Below are positions 1-12,496 of a stretch of DNA of 64,000 nt, in pieces (the stretch's first letter is position 1; each line of letters opens with the position of its first letter). The position numbers were made by a program, and so were the translations under genes. The notes beneath the pieces are model-generated. The model was not told the origin of the DNA and did no database searches. It saw only the letters and a list, made by a program, of their open reading frames with translations. The DNA is taken from contig JAVKOQ020000016.1 of assembly GCA_031835245.2 (NCBI GenBank), positions 248,001 through 312,000 of the forward strand, read 5' to 3'. The stretch comes from Balamuthia mandrillaris. Lineage: Eukaryota.

Positions 1-290
1 AGAGTCACTTACATGCCGTCCCTTTCTTGATCTGCAGGGTTTATCCCCCATCAACATCTCCTCTACTTCATCCAGTCCCATTTGTTGGCTCTCCACAACT
101 TCACAAACCTTTTCCTGAGTTCCACAAATTCCTCTCTGGCCTTTCCATCATTCTTTCCTTCTCTTAGCCACTGAGCATGGGCTATCACTATCTGCTTATT
201 CAAGGATGTTAACTCTGTTGTCCACCATGACAACCTTGCCCTGCTTGTTGTTGCTTTTATTAGTCTCCTTTCTCTACCAAACCATCTCAT
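1..290 (-). mobile_element. Probable inverted fragment of LINE ORF2 (endonuclease-RT linker)
   Basis: LSWWTTELTSLNKQ...AREEFVELRKRFVKLWRANKWDW resembles the PWW-EL basic helical linker upstream of LINE RT. Same CpG-poor composition as the RT fragment. Confidence 0.5.
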
Positions 291-422
291 TGCACAATCC
301 CACTGTGATAAGGCCAGTAGGGGAACAACCTAACAGACACCAACTCGATGGACATAGGGAAAAGACTTTTAATAAAATGAAAGAAAGAGATATATATACA
401 AGGAGAGATAGGGATAGGTATT

Positions 423-1085
423 ATGGGAAAGTGGTATAACAGCAAAGAAAACACCTATATTGCTCTGTTAGATATCAGCAAGGCATATGACATGCTTGAC
501 CATGACATACTGGCAAGCACATAATGCAAAAAAGGAGCAGAAGAGGCAGTGGGTATCATTACAGAGTGGTACTGTGATATGACAAGTGGAATATGCATGA
601 ATGAGCAGCTCTCTGAGGAATTTCTGGTGGAAAGAGGAGTTAGCAAGGAGGAGTTTTGTCTCCATTCTTGTTCAATGTGTATATTCATTGATGTGGTGGC
701 AAGAAAGCTACAGGTGGCAGAGGAGAAGGAAAGAGGAGATAAAGCAAGGAATGTTTGCTTGTTGGTTGCAGATGACTTGTCAGTGGTGGCCAGTGATCCA
801 TTTGAGCTTCAGAGAAGATTGACTGAATGTGGCAGTGGAGGCAGTGAATGCTCTGGGACTTCAGTTCAATGCAAAGAAATCAGTGGTGCTAGTACAAGGA
901 AAGAAGGCTCATTTTCAAGAATGGAGACTTAAGGGGGAGGCTGTGAAACGTGTAAAAGAGGCCAAGTACCTAGGACTGTGGTTTAAAGAAAGTGGGAAAT
1001 GGACTACTCATGCCAAGGAGAGGATCACCAAGGCCAAGCAAGCCCTCTACAGCCCTTGGCAGCAGGGAGCCATTGCTCAAGGCCT
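423..1085 (+). mobile_element. Decayed non-LTR (LINE-type) retrotransposon reverse transcriptase fragment
   Basis: Manual translation gives YIALLDISKAYDMLDH, GV/QGGVLSPFLFNVYI (across a frameshift), CLLVADDL (YADD box), GLQFNAKKS and VKEAKYLGLWF, i.e. LINE RT motifs in order. In-frame TAA at 522-524 and frameshifts near 641, 686 and 825. Confidence 0.9.
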
Positions 1086-1278
1086 TGGTACATGCACTGC
1101 CCAGATTGCTAATGGAGATCCCCTCCTGTTGTTTTTCTTTCTTCCTTCTAGAATACACTCCTTTTTGATCATTTGTCCCTTTCTTTTGTTAAGTTGGACT
1201 TAACCAACATACACAATTTTAACTTTTGTATAATCTTTTTATTATTACTAAAATATTTGTTGATATGAAATTGTTTAT

Positions 1279-3238
1279 TTAACTATTTTCTAATTTTAAC
1301 TCATAAATTTGTATGTAAGCTTCTGAAAGAGAAACCAATTGAGGCAAAGTCTCTTTAACAATAAGGTCTTGTATTTCATACCACTTATCATTACCTTTGT
1401 TTTGTATATAAACTTTATAACAACCTTTATCAGGCAGTCCATCATGACAAAGGTTGGTTAATAAATTATATTTAGTTGGCATATTATAGTCCTTCAAAGA
1501 TGTATCTATTGAAAATAACATCTATTAATGTTAAATACAACAAAACAAAAGAAAAAGACATACATACAATTTTTCATTTCTAGATTTTTAACTGGAAAGT
1601 TAACTATAGTAGGGTTTTTTTCAATAAACCAATTGTTTTTAGTGAAACGTTTGAGATGCAAAATTAAATATTGAGGCAGCTTAGTAATAGTGTATATACG
1701 TGTTTCTCCTTTTGTAGTGTCATCCTATTGTTTTGTAATTATTAAACAACATTATCATTTGAATATCATTTAAAACTTACATATTCTGTTTTTCCATCAA
1801 ACTTTTGTAAACAATGGAAAAGAGGCAATTGGGGAATAACAGTTTTTTCTTCTTCACTTTTAAATAAAGGAGCTGGTGGAATATCTAATGATAAAAACCT
1901 ATTATAACAAAATTAATTAATAAAAGTAACACTATAAAATAAAAATAAAGAAATACATACAAAAATGGAGAAACCTTGGTAGTGGTTTCTTTCATTAATT
2001 GTTCTATACTGCTATTGTTACTTATTTGCATTTCTTCCTTTTTTCTATTTGTTTACAAAAAAAATGGAAAGCAGTTAAAAGCAAATAAATAATAAAGTAT
2101 TAAAAATAATGAAATAAAACTGTACATTGCTAATGGCTTAGTAGTCACACACACACTGCCTTGAAATACTTGATGAATGATACTACTACCAAGCTTTCTA
2201 GTGCCCCCAAGTTCTTTATGTAATGTATTCAAGAGCCAAGATAAAAACTCCAACGGGTCTCCCTGCTGGCCAATTTTAAAGTGTTTATTGCTAGCACTGG
2301 ATACAGCCTACAGTAGGTTTGCATTATTCAGTGTAACAAGAAATGGTGGTCTAAAGAGCTTAAATATACCTGCAATAACTCGTGGGGACTCACATGACCT
2401 TTGAAGTTGCGAGGATTCCACATTTTTCGTACTAGGTCCCCAAAGGTATGGACTAAATGGGACTTGCTCTGGTTTAAAAAGTGGTATTTTAAAAAAAAGT
2501 CGCAGGATTGAAGAACGTGAGTTGCATTACATACGTTCTGATAGTTTTCTTCTCTTAGGAAAAAGTTGCGCAGGGGTGGTACATGAACCAGGCATTGCAC
2601 AATGGAGTTTATGTAATCATTGTTGTTGATATTGTTGAGGCCAACAATACCAGGCAGGTACACGGTTCCGTCCAAGGAGGCGGACAGTGAAGTGTTCTTA
2701 TCCAGGTGTGCTATTTGCTGCTGCGAGAAGCGCGGGTGAAGCACGTACTGCGTGTATGAAAGCAAAAAAAGCGCGTCAGGAATAACCCACGGTTGAAGAA
2801 ATGGAGACGCACCTTTATATCGTCCAAAGAATGATCATCCACTTCATAGTCGTCCGGAAGGCAGTAGACTTTCTCGTTATGGAGGTTAATAAAGACGTGG
2901 TGGTCGGAAGAAAGGCTGTGGAAATAGGCTTGGGAATTGCGGCCACGCCCTTGGAAGTACTTTCCACAGACAAGACAACAGTAGACGTTGATGTTGGAGG
3001 AGGTGACTGAGCACACCTTTTCAAAGTCAAAGTCTAACAAGTTGCGGCGTATGGTGTCAAGGTAGGGACAGGCCACGTCGGTGTTGCTATCTTTACGGGG
3101 CCTCTGCCAAATAACTGACGGCTGTTCCTCTTCCTCCTCGTTTGTGGAAGTGCTGCTCTCCTTCTCTTTTCCTTTGTGCGTGCTTTCTCTCTGCTCTGCC
3201 TCTTCTCTCTTTCGCTTGTGTTGCGGAGCCGTTTGCAT
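1279..3238 (-). CDS. USP39: U4/U6.U5 tri-snRNP-associated protein 2 (USP39/Sad1), multi-exon
   Basis: ZnF-UBP CPYLDTIRRNLLDFDFEKVCSVTSSNINVYCCLVCGKYFQGRG; GLNNINNNDY (catalytic Cys replaced by Asp, as in USP39); WNPRNFKGHVSPHELLQ; C-terminal WYEIQDL..LPQLVSLSEAYIQIYE. Confidence 0.96.
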
Positions 3239-4174
3239 CTTGCAGGGAGGGATCTGGTGGGGGCTTTGTGGGCTTTCTCTTTCTCTCCCCCTCTCAGTGG
3301 TCTTGCCCTTCCTCCTGTACTTTTCCAGGGGTTGAGGACACTCCTCAGGCCGGAACAAACGGATATTTCCTGGGGATTTCGGTGAGAAGTGGGTGCGATC
3401 GCCCTTCTTTTCGTGTGTGATGCGCTATTGCTGTCGTCAGACCAACCCACAGACCATGCGACAGTTGGCGGGGGCGCTTCGTTCCAACGGTACTACTGTT
3501 CAACCGAAGAAGGTCCACAGCTGTGGAACTTTGGCTTGTACTGCCATCAACGCTACTATCCCCCCCCCCCTTTCAAAAACCAGAAAGAACAACAAGAAAG
3601 AAAAGCCTGGGCGGTACACGGAAGGAGGTCTTTTTTTATTATTTGTGGCTGGCAGGGGCGGCGGCAGACCACCACACCCAAATACAGGGCGCTTATTGCA
3701 CGGAAAGCAACCAGAAAACAAGTTGGTTAGTGGCCGAGAAACGGCATAACACAGAAGGGAACACGGCAGGGAAGAAGAGCGCTCCTCCACCGAAAAGTAA
3801 GTGAACTTTAACCTGCTTGTCCTTTGTTTTGGTGTTTTCAAACCAGCACTTCCTTGTTCCCCTTGCTGTTGTCTTTTATTTTTATTTAGTTTTTGCTAAG
3901 TTATTTTGGCCTCCACAACAACAACAACAAGTCTTGTTAGAAAAGTCGGGAGACAGGCCTGTTGTGCCCTATCTGGTTATTTCCTCCTTCCTGCAAGGAA
4001 CAGTCCCCGTGCCCTCTTTGCCTTGCTAGTTTTCTTGGCTACTATAAGAAAGAAACGACAAAGAGTTTGCTCGTCGGGGGCTGAAAGCCTGCCTTTGGTG
4101 GCGTTTTTCTGTTGGACTTGTCATCTTCTCGATCTTGCTTGCGTGGAGTGAACGTACGTTTGTGGGACAAACGG

Positions 4175-5505
4175 ATGAAAAGACGAAAGGTGGAGGGACC
4201 CCGGGCGGAGGTGGAGGACCTCTACGCGGTGCTTGAAGTGACGAAAGATGCGGATACAGACACCATCAAGCAAGCCTATCGACGGTTGGCCCTAAAGTTT
4301 CACCCAGATAGGAACCATGGAGAAGAGCAAGAGGTCTGTAGCCACCGCTTTAAACAAGTAGCGGCAGCGTACGACGTTCTCTCTGACCCAGAAAAGCGGT
4401 CCCAGTATGACAATAGCCTTTCCACTAAATTCAGCAGTAAGTTGGGTGGCTTGGGCGAGTTTTTCAAAAGCGCGGAGCTCAGAAAGGTTTTTGAGCAGTT
4501 TGTAGCTTCGGGCAGCAGCGCCTTCAACGAGTATTTTACTTCCACCACTCAGCCACCACTAATAGCGGCACCCCACATTCCTCGTCCTCTTCTCCTCCTT
4601 CCTCTTCCTCTTTTTCTCCGCCACACCAGTCAGCCAATTATGCCTCCGCTTCCACCTTTTCCGCCTCTGCACCTTCTTCGACCTTTTACTCAACTTCTTA
4701 TCCCGGCAGTGGCACCAATTCCAGCAACAACATCCCTCCATTCGACTTCACAAAACCCAGACGACCAAAAAGACCACTCAATGGACAGAACTTACGGACA
4801 ACGCTAGAGGTGAGCTTCGAGGAAAGTGTGTTTGGTTGCACAAAGATCATAGAATTGAGGCGGCTGGTGCACTGTGGGAGCTGCTCGGGGTTGGGATACC
4901 CCAAAGATGCCGAACTGCATGCCTGCGAGGAGTGTGAGGGTACCGGCACCTACTCTCATAAGAGCCCACTGCTCACCATCAACAGTGTGTGCTCTTGTTG
5001 CGACGGAGCAGGCGCCTACACCAAGCAACTTTGTACATATTGTAAAGGAGAGGGGAGGGTGCAGGATACCAAGGAACTGCGGGTGGAAGTTCCAGCTGGG
5101 GTCATGCCGGGCATGAAGAAAATCTATGAGCAAGAAGGGGATGCTGGAGAGTACGGCGGAACCACTGGAGACCTCATCGTTGTATTTCGGGTGGCCACCT
5201 CCCCCGACTTCATCCGCGAAGGCGACGATGTCATCTGCAAGGCCACTATTTCCTTCTTCCAGGCGGCCCTTGGCGGAGAGCTATGGGTACCTGGTCTCTA
5301 TGGCCAAGACGTACGAGTGCAGATCCCGCCAGGCACTCAACCCAACGACGTTCTTCGTATTGAGAACCAAGGCTTTACCAGCGTAACCACCCAGCGCAAA
5401 GGCTGCATGTACGTGCGGCTGTCTCTTTCCATTCCTCGCTCTCTCACCTCTCACCAGACCCAACTTCTTCGTCACTGCCAAGCGGAATGGGAGCAGCTCT
5501 CTTAG
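4175..5505 (+). CDS. Type I (class A) DnaJ/Hsp40 co-chaperone, with a frame discontinuity near 4437-4553
   Basis: J domain with HPD; four CxxCxGxG repeats ([32 protein letters not shown]); C-terminal GDL/ALGG/IPPGTQ motifs. The J domain and the Zn-finger/C-terminal part are in different frames. Confidence 0.9.
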
Positions 5506-6277
5506 TCTTCATCCTTTCCTCTGACATTCTTCTCTTCTCGTTTTCCCTATTTTTTTTTATTTGCTATTATCATTATTATTCCCTTATTATTATTATTATT
5601 ATTGGTTGCACATACATAAACATAACCACATACCTACGTAAACCTCTAGTGGATACACCCTATCCAACCAACCTATAGGAATAACCTGCTGCTGTCTTTC
5701 TCTTTCTGTTGTAGTTGTCCTTAGATCTTATGATCTTTGCGATCACAGAGCCGCCTTACCTGTAGGCCTGCACAAAACTAGAAAGCGGAATGGTCGGCTT
5801 TTGTGTTTCCAGAATGCTGCGCAGAGCTCTATCACGCTTAAGCCACAACCGCCCTATAACTTTGTGCAAGTTTAATGTATGTATGGGTTTTTTACAACGT
5901 ATTCACTGTACCAATGTTGTATTTCTTCTTCCTCTTGCTCTGATAGACCCTCCTCCTGGTGACATAAGCGGTAGCCTTCGGCCTCATTCTCTACTGCTAC
6001 GGTCGGAGCCTCTGCATCTTCTTTTGTTGGCTTCCCTTCGTATAAGGAGTCTCTCTCCTCCGTATTGCACCCCATCCTCCGCCAACTCTTTCCGTGTCAT
6101 CTTTGGCGTTCAAACTGCAAGCGCCAAGCTTGGTACTCTGAAAAACACTAGGTTGACGAAGCGGCAAAAAAATTGTAACCCGAAGAATATAAAAAGCTAT
6201 AATTGTAATACAATTAGTTCTCTTAAATGCAGTTTCTATACCGTGTGGTGTTTTCCGGCGGGATGATGCCTCATGCC

Positions 6278-9200
6278 TTACATCTGCCTGAAAGGTTTTG
6301 GGGAGAAGGCCCATCCGGGAGAGGAATACCGGATGTGGAAGCCGCAACCCTCCTGTAGGAGGCTATTGACCGCTTTTTGTAGGTTGCCAGCCAAGTAGGG
6401 GAGTACATGGCGCGTTAGGAGGGTTACATCGTCCTCTTCATTCTCCACAAAGTCCGACTTGTAGCAACGGAACAGTTCTGGTAAAACAATCTACAACGAA
6501 GAGTCAGAATAAAGACGCCTGGTAAGCCAGAGGATAACACAATGAAGAAAAACCTGTTTGCGCTTAGGCTTGGTGTGTACGCAGGAGGTAAGGTACTCTT
6601 CGGTGGCAGTTGTGAGTTGAGCATCGATGTGATCGGCCACATAAAGCCGGAGGCACGGGCTGAATTCGGAGTGAACGGCAAGGGCAAAGTGAACACGACT
6701 GTCCACGTCGGCGATCATGAAGGGGAGACGCGGATCCTCCTCTCCGAAAAGAGGCTTACAAAACCAAGGGAAGGGCCTGTTGGCCCGTAGGATGCCGTGC
6801 TGTATCTCATCCAGAGAAAAGGGCAGCCCTCCGATGTCATAGCATGCTGTTCGTGAGTAGTATCGCCAGTCCAGTGAAGAGCTGGGAAAGCCCACAACCA
6901 CGTAGCCATGGATCGCAAGCACGTTGTAGACGTTGATGAAGAAGGCCTTCCGTTCGGTATCGCTTAACCGTGATAAATCCACCTATTCACGAACGACAAG
7001 AACAATCAGAGTGAATGATGCAACATACCTTGTGGGTCAGTACCTTTCTGAGATCAGCGCACGCTATCTCAAACTTGCGAAACTCTTGACTGGCGCGCAT
7101 GGCTTCCCAATCTACAGACTTACCGTCCGGTTGCACGTGAGCAAAGAACAGTGAAACAATACTACCAAGCAGCTGTTCTGCCAACAAACAGCCATTTTCT
7201 GTAGGGGTCTCTGTTATGCTTTGATAAAGGCCGTTCACAATTCCAAGACTCTCCAATTTCTGTTGTTTTAAGTTAGCTTTTGGACAGAGAGAGGATCAAT
7301 GTAACGCACTTTAGCAATCCTATAGTAATTCTCATTCACGAAGTTTTGGTGACGGAGTACCATCTTTTACGGATTGGTTGGTCAGCTTGCGCAAACAAAC
7401 AAACAAACAAACAAAAGAGCAACCCTACCAAGTGTTTCTTCTCCAGTTTATGTAACACCTCGCTTAATACTATGCGATGTGCAGCACGAGAAATAAAACG
7501 AGGATCACAAAGGTCACGTGCTATCTCCCAGGCCACCTGCATTTCGGTAAGATAAGCGACCCATACGTCCCGCTGACTCCATATGCTAGGCGGCCCAAAG
7601 CAAAATGTTTCTCCTTTTCTTTATTTTGTAAAGCGACGATGATAGATGCGTTGATGAAAGCGAGACTGCGAATAAACTGTTTGCTATCTGCAAGAATGAC
7701 GTACCTTTTGGATTGTGTATATATTCTGATACATGGTAAACCTGGGGGTATGTAGACTTTAAAGTTATAACGCTCCACTTGAGTCAGTTGGTCCAATGTC
7801 GTTATCACAGAAGGTGAATCAGCTTTGCGACCCTTTTGGTATCAAAGCACCAACGATTAGTATTGACCTTATTCGCTCCAAGGCTGTACTTACAGCAAAC
7901 AAGACCCGCCTATTAGTAAGGATAAGTGCTCCTTTTACAACCGACGCTGTGGTCACGTTGCCACTGGACATGTGAAGAACAAATTCTCCATCATCTATGG
8001 TGTTGTATAAAGGGCGCATTTCGTGTTACTGAAAAACAAACAAACAAACAAACAAACAAACAAACAAACAAACAAACAAACAAACAAACAAACAAACAAA
8101 AAACAAACAAACAAACAAACAAACAAACAAACAAACAAACAAACAAACAAACAAACAAACAAACAAACAAACAAACAAACAAACAAACAAACAAACAAAC
8201 AAACAAAACAGGAAAGGGGGTAAACCTAGTGAACGAATATCTTTGCGTAGCCTTCGTGAAGATAGCTTGCGATAAGTTGCTTGCAGGAGATGGACAAACT
8301 TGCTTAGCTTGTTCAATAAAATCCCTTTTTCAACTCCTTTTTTACGGTCTCCTAACAAGGAATATATCCTGTACATTGGCCACAAGTAGGACAAACGGCA
8401 CTTTAAAAACAGACAATAACTAGGATTGCATTAGAAAGAACTAAGATACTTACACCTTTGCCTCTTCTTTGGAGGTAACCACATTGGTGAGGCTGACATA
8501 GCGATGAAAAGCTTTCCATCCAACGCGTTTTTCGTTTGTAGGCATCCAGAGAGCAAGGTTTCTTAAGGATAAGCAGTAGGACCAGTCACCAAGCTCCGTC
8601 TACATAGTAATGAAATGAGCAGAGGAGAGCAAGAAAAGGTGTCATTTTGAAACAGAGAGAGGGAAGAGGAGAAACTTGTGGAGTCTTGGCATCGATAATA
8701 ATAGCATCGGTATCTGTACATGAGCTACCCCTGGGAGTGCGCGTGTTGCTGAGCTGGGAGCCACTGTGATTTATATCACGGCGGTTGTAGTTGGTATTGG
8801 TGGGGTAATCGTCATCATCGTCGTCGTCATCGTCATAGTCAGGGTGGGAGAGCTGTTTATGAGCAGGTGGGTGGATGGTATGAACGGGAGTAGAGGTGCG
8901 GGAGGGCGGACTATTTGGCGCCGATGAGGACCGAGTAGTTGCTCCCGTGTGCATATAGTCGTCATCAGCTTCCAGGTTTTTCCGCTCCTCTTCGGCCAGT
9001 TGGGTTGCCAACAAGGAGTGCACGTAAGAGCCAATGGAGTGTTGTTGCATGGCAACCTCAAGTGCTCTCTTAGGCATTCTAGTAAGGATTCCTGCGACCC
9101 GCTCCCTCGTATAGTCCGTGATGGAATGGTAGCCATACATGAGGCCCCATACGTTGTTATAATCGTGGAGGGCTTGTTCCAGTTGCTTGATGCCACCCAC

Positions 9201-10805
9201 CTCCTCCAACAGCCTGGCCCGCAATAAATAATACTGGGCAACCTCTGCTCTCTCTTCTATACAAGTGGTAAGGCTGCTCACCATATCCTCGTATCTGGCG
9301 CCTATCGTCATGAAGCTTTCCACCGACAAGGTAGGAAACCCATCAAAACAGCCGATCGTTGGGCTTGACGAACTTATTTCTTTGCCATTATGTTGGTGTG
9401 ACTGTGTTTGTTGTCGCTGTTGAGCATATATAGGCTTAAGGTATTGTGGTGGCGGCAACGGAGAGTCCTCTGTCGCAGACACTGAGGTGGTAGTTGTTAT
9501 GGCAGCGGTGGCTGTAGTCATAATTGTATCCGATTCCGGTGAGACCTTTCTGCATAACACTTCAGCTCTTGGCGTTGAGGAGAGGGAAGAACAGGTGAAG
9601 GACGGCAGGCGAGGACGAGGCAAGGTGAGCACCGAAGAAGGTTTGCAAAAACGCGAGAGCAAGAACGTAACGGCACCGTCTATTTGACCTGGTTGGAGAA
9701 AGGTGTACTCTTCCGTGTGTCTACTTAAAGACAGCTGAAGAGGAGGTGTGGTTGGCAAGTAGTTTGCAGAGGTTTCATCTCGAAGGCCTTTCCTTCGACC
9801 TTTCGTTATTGGTCCCTCTCTGGAGGCGCTTCGTTCTCTTTGTTTTTGCCGTTTAAAGTTAAGAAGGTCCTCAAAGAGGTCATTGGCTCCATGCTTTCGT
9901 TCCTGTATGAATGCCATCCATACCTCAGTCATGAAGAACGTTTCATAAAATTCCTAAAGGAGAGAATCAAGAAAAAGAGGTAAATGAAAGGTGATAAACA
10001 GTAACTTCACGAACAAGCAGAAGGCAAGCAAAAGCAACAAATATGACCTGGGAGGAGTCAGGTTGGTCGTTCAAATAAGCGGTTTCATCAAAGATAATAG
10101 AGTCACCTATTGGGCTTGTAGAGGAAGGGGAATAGCCGGTGATGTAAGCGGCATAGTTACCAAAGAGGCGAGCAAAGAACAGCAAAAAGGCGATGCGAAT
10201 GCGTTGTTCGCAATGCTGCCAATCAATACAAGCACGGCTCTTGTTGTTGGGAAAGGCAAGGTCGATATCTGCCAGCTCTGGATGCAAAATTTCCCTCAGT
10301 GTGTCCAGCAGCTTGGCCTTAGGTCCTGCTGGAAAATCTACTCCGTCTGTTATACTGGCCGCTAGGCCTTCAGATGACTTAATCCTGTTGTTATCGAGGT
10401 CTACCAGTACCACCTATACCCGTAGTCACCTTGAGATCAATAAAGAACGAGAACGAGAATAATACAGAATGTAAAATACCTCCTGCAAAGGGGGAAGAGC
10501 ATCTAAATAGGCGGCATTCATGCCCATAATAAAGGGCGTGGGAGCCTCAGCGCAAGTAAGGAGTTTTTTGGCGAGAATGGGGATGTATACTCTGCTCCAA
10601 CGAAAGGGATACATCAATGCGCTCAAGCCTTCTGCTACCTGCGAGAGAAGTGCGTTTTGGCGGGAATACAACAACACTTTCTTTTCCAGCAGGGCGGCCA
10701 GTAACAGGTCTACCACGTTGCCAGCATCCAACGCACTAAACATCGCACGCAGAGAAAACTACGTCGTCATCGAATCATCAAGGGAAGACTATTAGTCATA
10801 TTCTG

Positions 10806-10836
<31 letters not shown>

Positions 10837-12326
10837 GACGAGCAACGAAACAAAGAGCAGAGAATGAGCTTACATCAAGCAAAGGAAATCCATTTAAAGC
10901 TGGTCGAAACAAATGAATGACGCCCTGCTTCGTATCCGTCATGGCTTCACTGACCTCATTCTCCACCTTCAATTTCTTTTCCTTCTCCGTTCCCTCCTGC
11001 GTTTGGGTGCAAGCAAGATTCTCTTCCTCCTGTTCCTCGTTCTCTTTATGGTCAATCCAAAAATCATTTTTACCCTGCTCCGCCGACCGGTCTTTCTCTT
11101 CTTCAAGTTTATCATTCAGCCCCTCGTCTACGAATTGCTGTTGTTGAAATAATAGTACTCCTTCCTCTTCTTGGTCTCTCTTCCCTTCTTCCTCTTCTTT
11201 TTCTTCATCGTCGTCCTTCGCTTCTTTCTGCTCTTCTTTCGCTGCCTTGCTTGCTTTCTCCTCTTTTTCTTTGTTCTCTTCATTTTCTTCGTTTTGTTCC
11301 TTCTCTTCTTTCTTTATTGATGCTTCATTGCCTGTTTTCTTATCTTCGTTAGCTTCCTTTTCGGTTTTCTCGTATGTCTCTTCTGTCTCTCCCTTATCCA
11401 CTTCAACAACTATTGGTGATGATGCCGACAATGAAGATGATAGTGGTAATGGTGACGATGATGGTGGAGGTAATGATAGTGATGGAAGCAGTGTTGAGGG
11501 CGGTGAGGGCAATGTGAGGGCGAGCGCAACTTGGCCAGGCGGAGGCAGCAGAGTCTCCAACAAAAGGTTGGAGAGGAATGACGCCAGCAACGAAGACGTA
11601 TAGGAGTAGCACCATTCTTGTTGCTGTTGATGTAACGTGGATAGTTGGCTGCATAGTCGAGCCGTGTGAAGGTAGGCAGAGTAGAGGGAGGTCAGGTAAC
11701 GCTTGAACACGTCGTGAAAGGCAAGCCTTGATACCACGCACATGCATTTGGGGACGTAACGCTTGGTTGTTGCGTTCACGCCTTGCGAGCAAAGAGGAGA
11801 AGAAGAGCAGCATGACGAGCAAAGGCACAACACCTCGTCAAAGACCAAACAGGAGCAGTAGAGGTGAGCCCCGACGGCATCCGTCAGCACGAAGGTAAAG
11901 AACTTGGGTGCTTCCCTTCTTGCTTTGATGCGAAGGCCATCCGGCATGCAGAACTGCGTTTCATGGGCAACAAGGGTGCCAAGCCATTGCATTCATGGGC
12001 AGAACAACAAAAGCTCAGAATACACGAACAAAAGGAGAAGGAGAGAGGAGGGAGGAGACAGCATCAGCAGGTTTGAGCACAGGTCTCCGACGAAAGAAAA
12101 GACATGAAAACGAAAAACGTACCATGGCTATGTCTCTCAGCAGCAACGCGTCTTCTTTTGAGGGCGCGGGAAGCACTTGCAGCACTTCTCCATAGTACTC
12201 CATCTCCTCCTCCTCCTCCTCCTGTGCCTGTTCATGTGCCTCCGCTTCTCTGTGCTCCCGATCAACAACAAAGGAGGGTCCAGCCCCAACCACCACAAAG
12301 TGTTGCACCAACGTGAAGTCCTTCAT
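6278..12326 (-). CDS. DENN-domain (Rab GEF family) protein with TPR-like, GRAM/PH-like and C-terminal DUF547 domains, multi-exon
   Basis: uDENN (VQHFVVVG, FCMPDG, FTFVLTD..G..LYCSCL), cDENN (ALLEKKVLLYS..ALMYPFRWSRVYIPIL..APTPFIMG, VLVDLDNN), dDENN (IRIAFLLFFARLFGNY, TEVWMAFIQER); GALILTNRRVLF; DUF547 (KAFFINVYNVLAIHG, SLDEIQHGILR, DSRVHFAL). Last exon IVLPELFRCYKSDF...IRYSSPGWAF ends at TAA 6280-6278. Confidence 0.85.
8035..8205. repeat. (AAAC)n microsatellite in a DENN-gene intron
   Basis: Tandem AAAC array read directly. Confidence 0.98.
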
Positions 12327-12419
12327 CCTTTCCGTTTTTTTCAGCCGTACTTACGGTGGCTGCGGCGGCTAGTAATGCTGAACAGAGGGGAGGAACCCGT
12401 TGCGGCGGTTTTGTTCGTT

Positions 12420-12496
12420 GGGGTGGGTGGGGTGGGGTGTGGGTGAGGTGGAGTGGGGTGGGGTGGGGTGGGGTGGTGGGGTGGGGTGGGGTGGGG
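12420..12496 (+). repeat. (GGGGT)n G-rich tract with G-quadruplex potential, in the divergent DENN/NDUFS6 intergenic region
   Basis: More than 10 runs of G3-G4 separated mostly by single T. Confidence 0.85.

Noticed and set aside
4805..4807. TAG in DnaJ as possible stop-codon readthrough or recoding
   Set aside because: The downstream domain is in a different frame, so readthrough would not join them.
5790..6266. 158-aa + strand ORF with presequence-like MLRRALSRL
   Set aside because: No recognisable domain in any splice combination tried; lies between convergent 3' ends, probably UTR.
7926..8423. ORFs with KQTN/FVCL repeats, and similar LSLS, ERER and poly-S/L ORFs elsewhere (e.g. 20491-21309, 52045-52794, 58125-58750)
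   Set aside because: Translations of intronic or intergenic microsatellites, not proteins.
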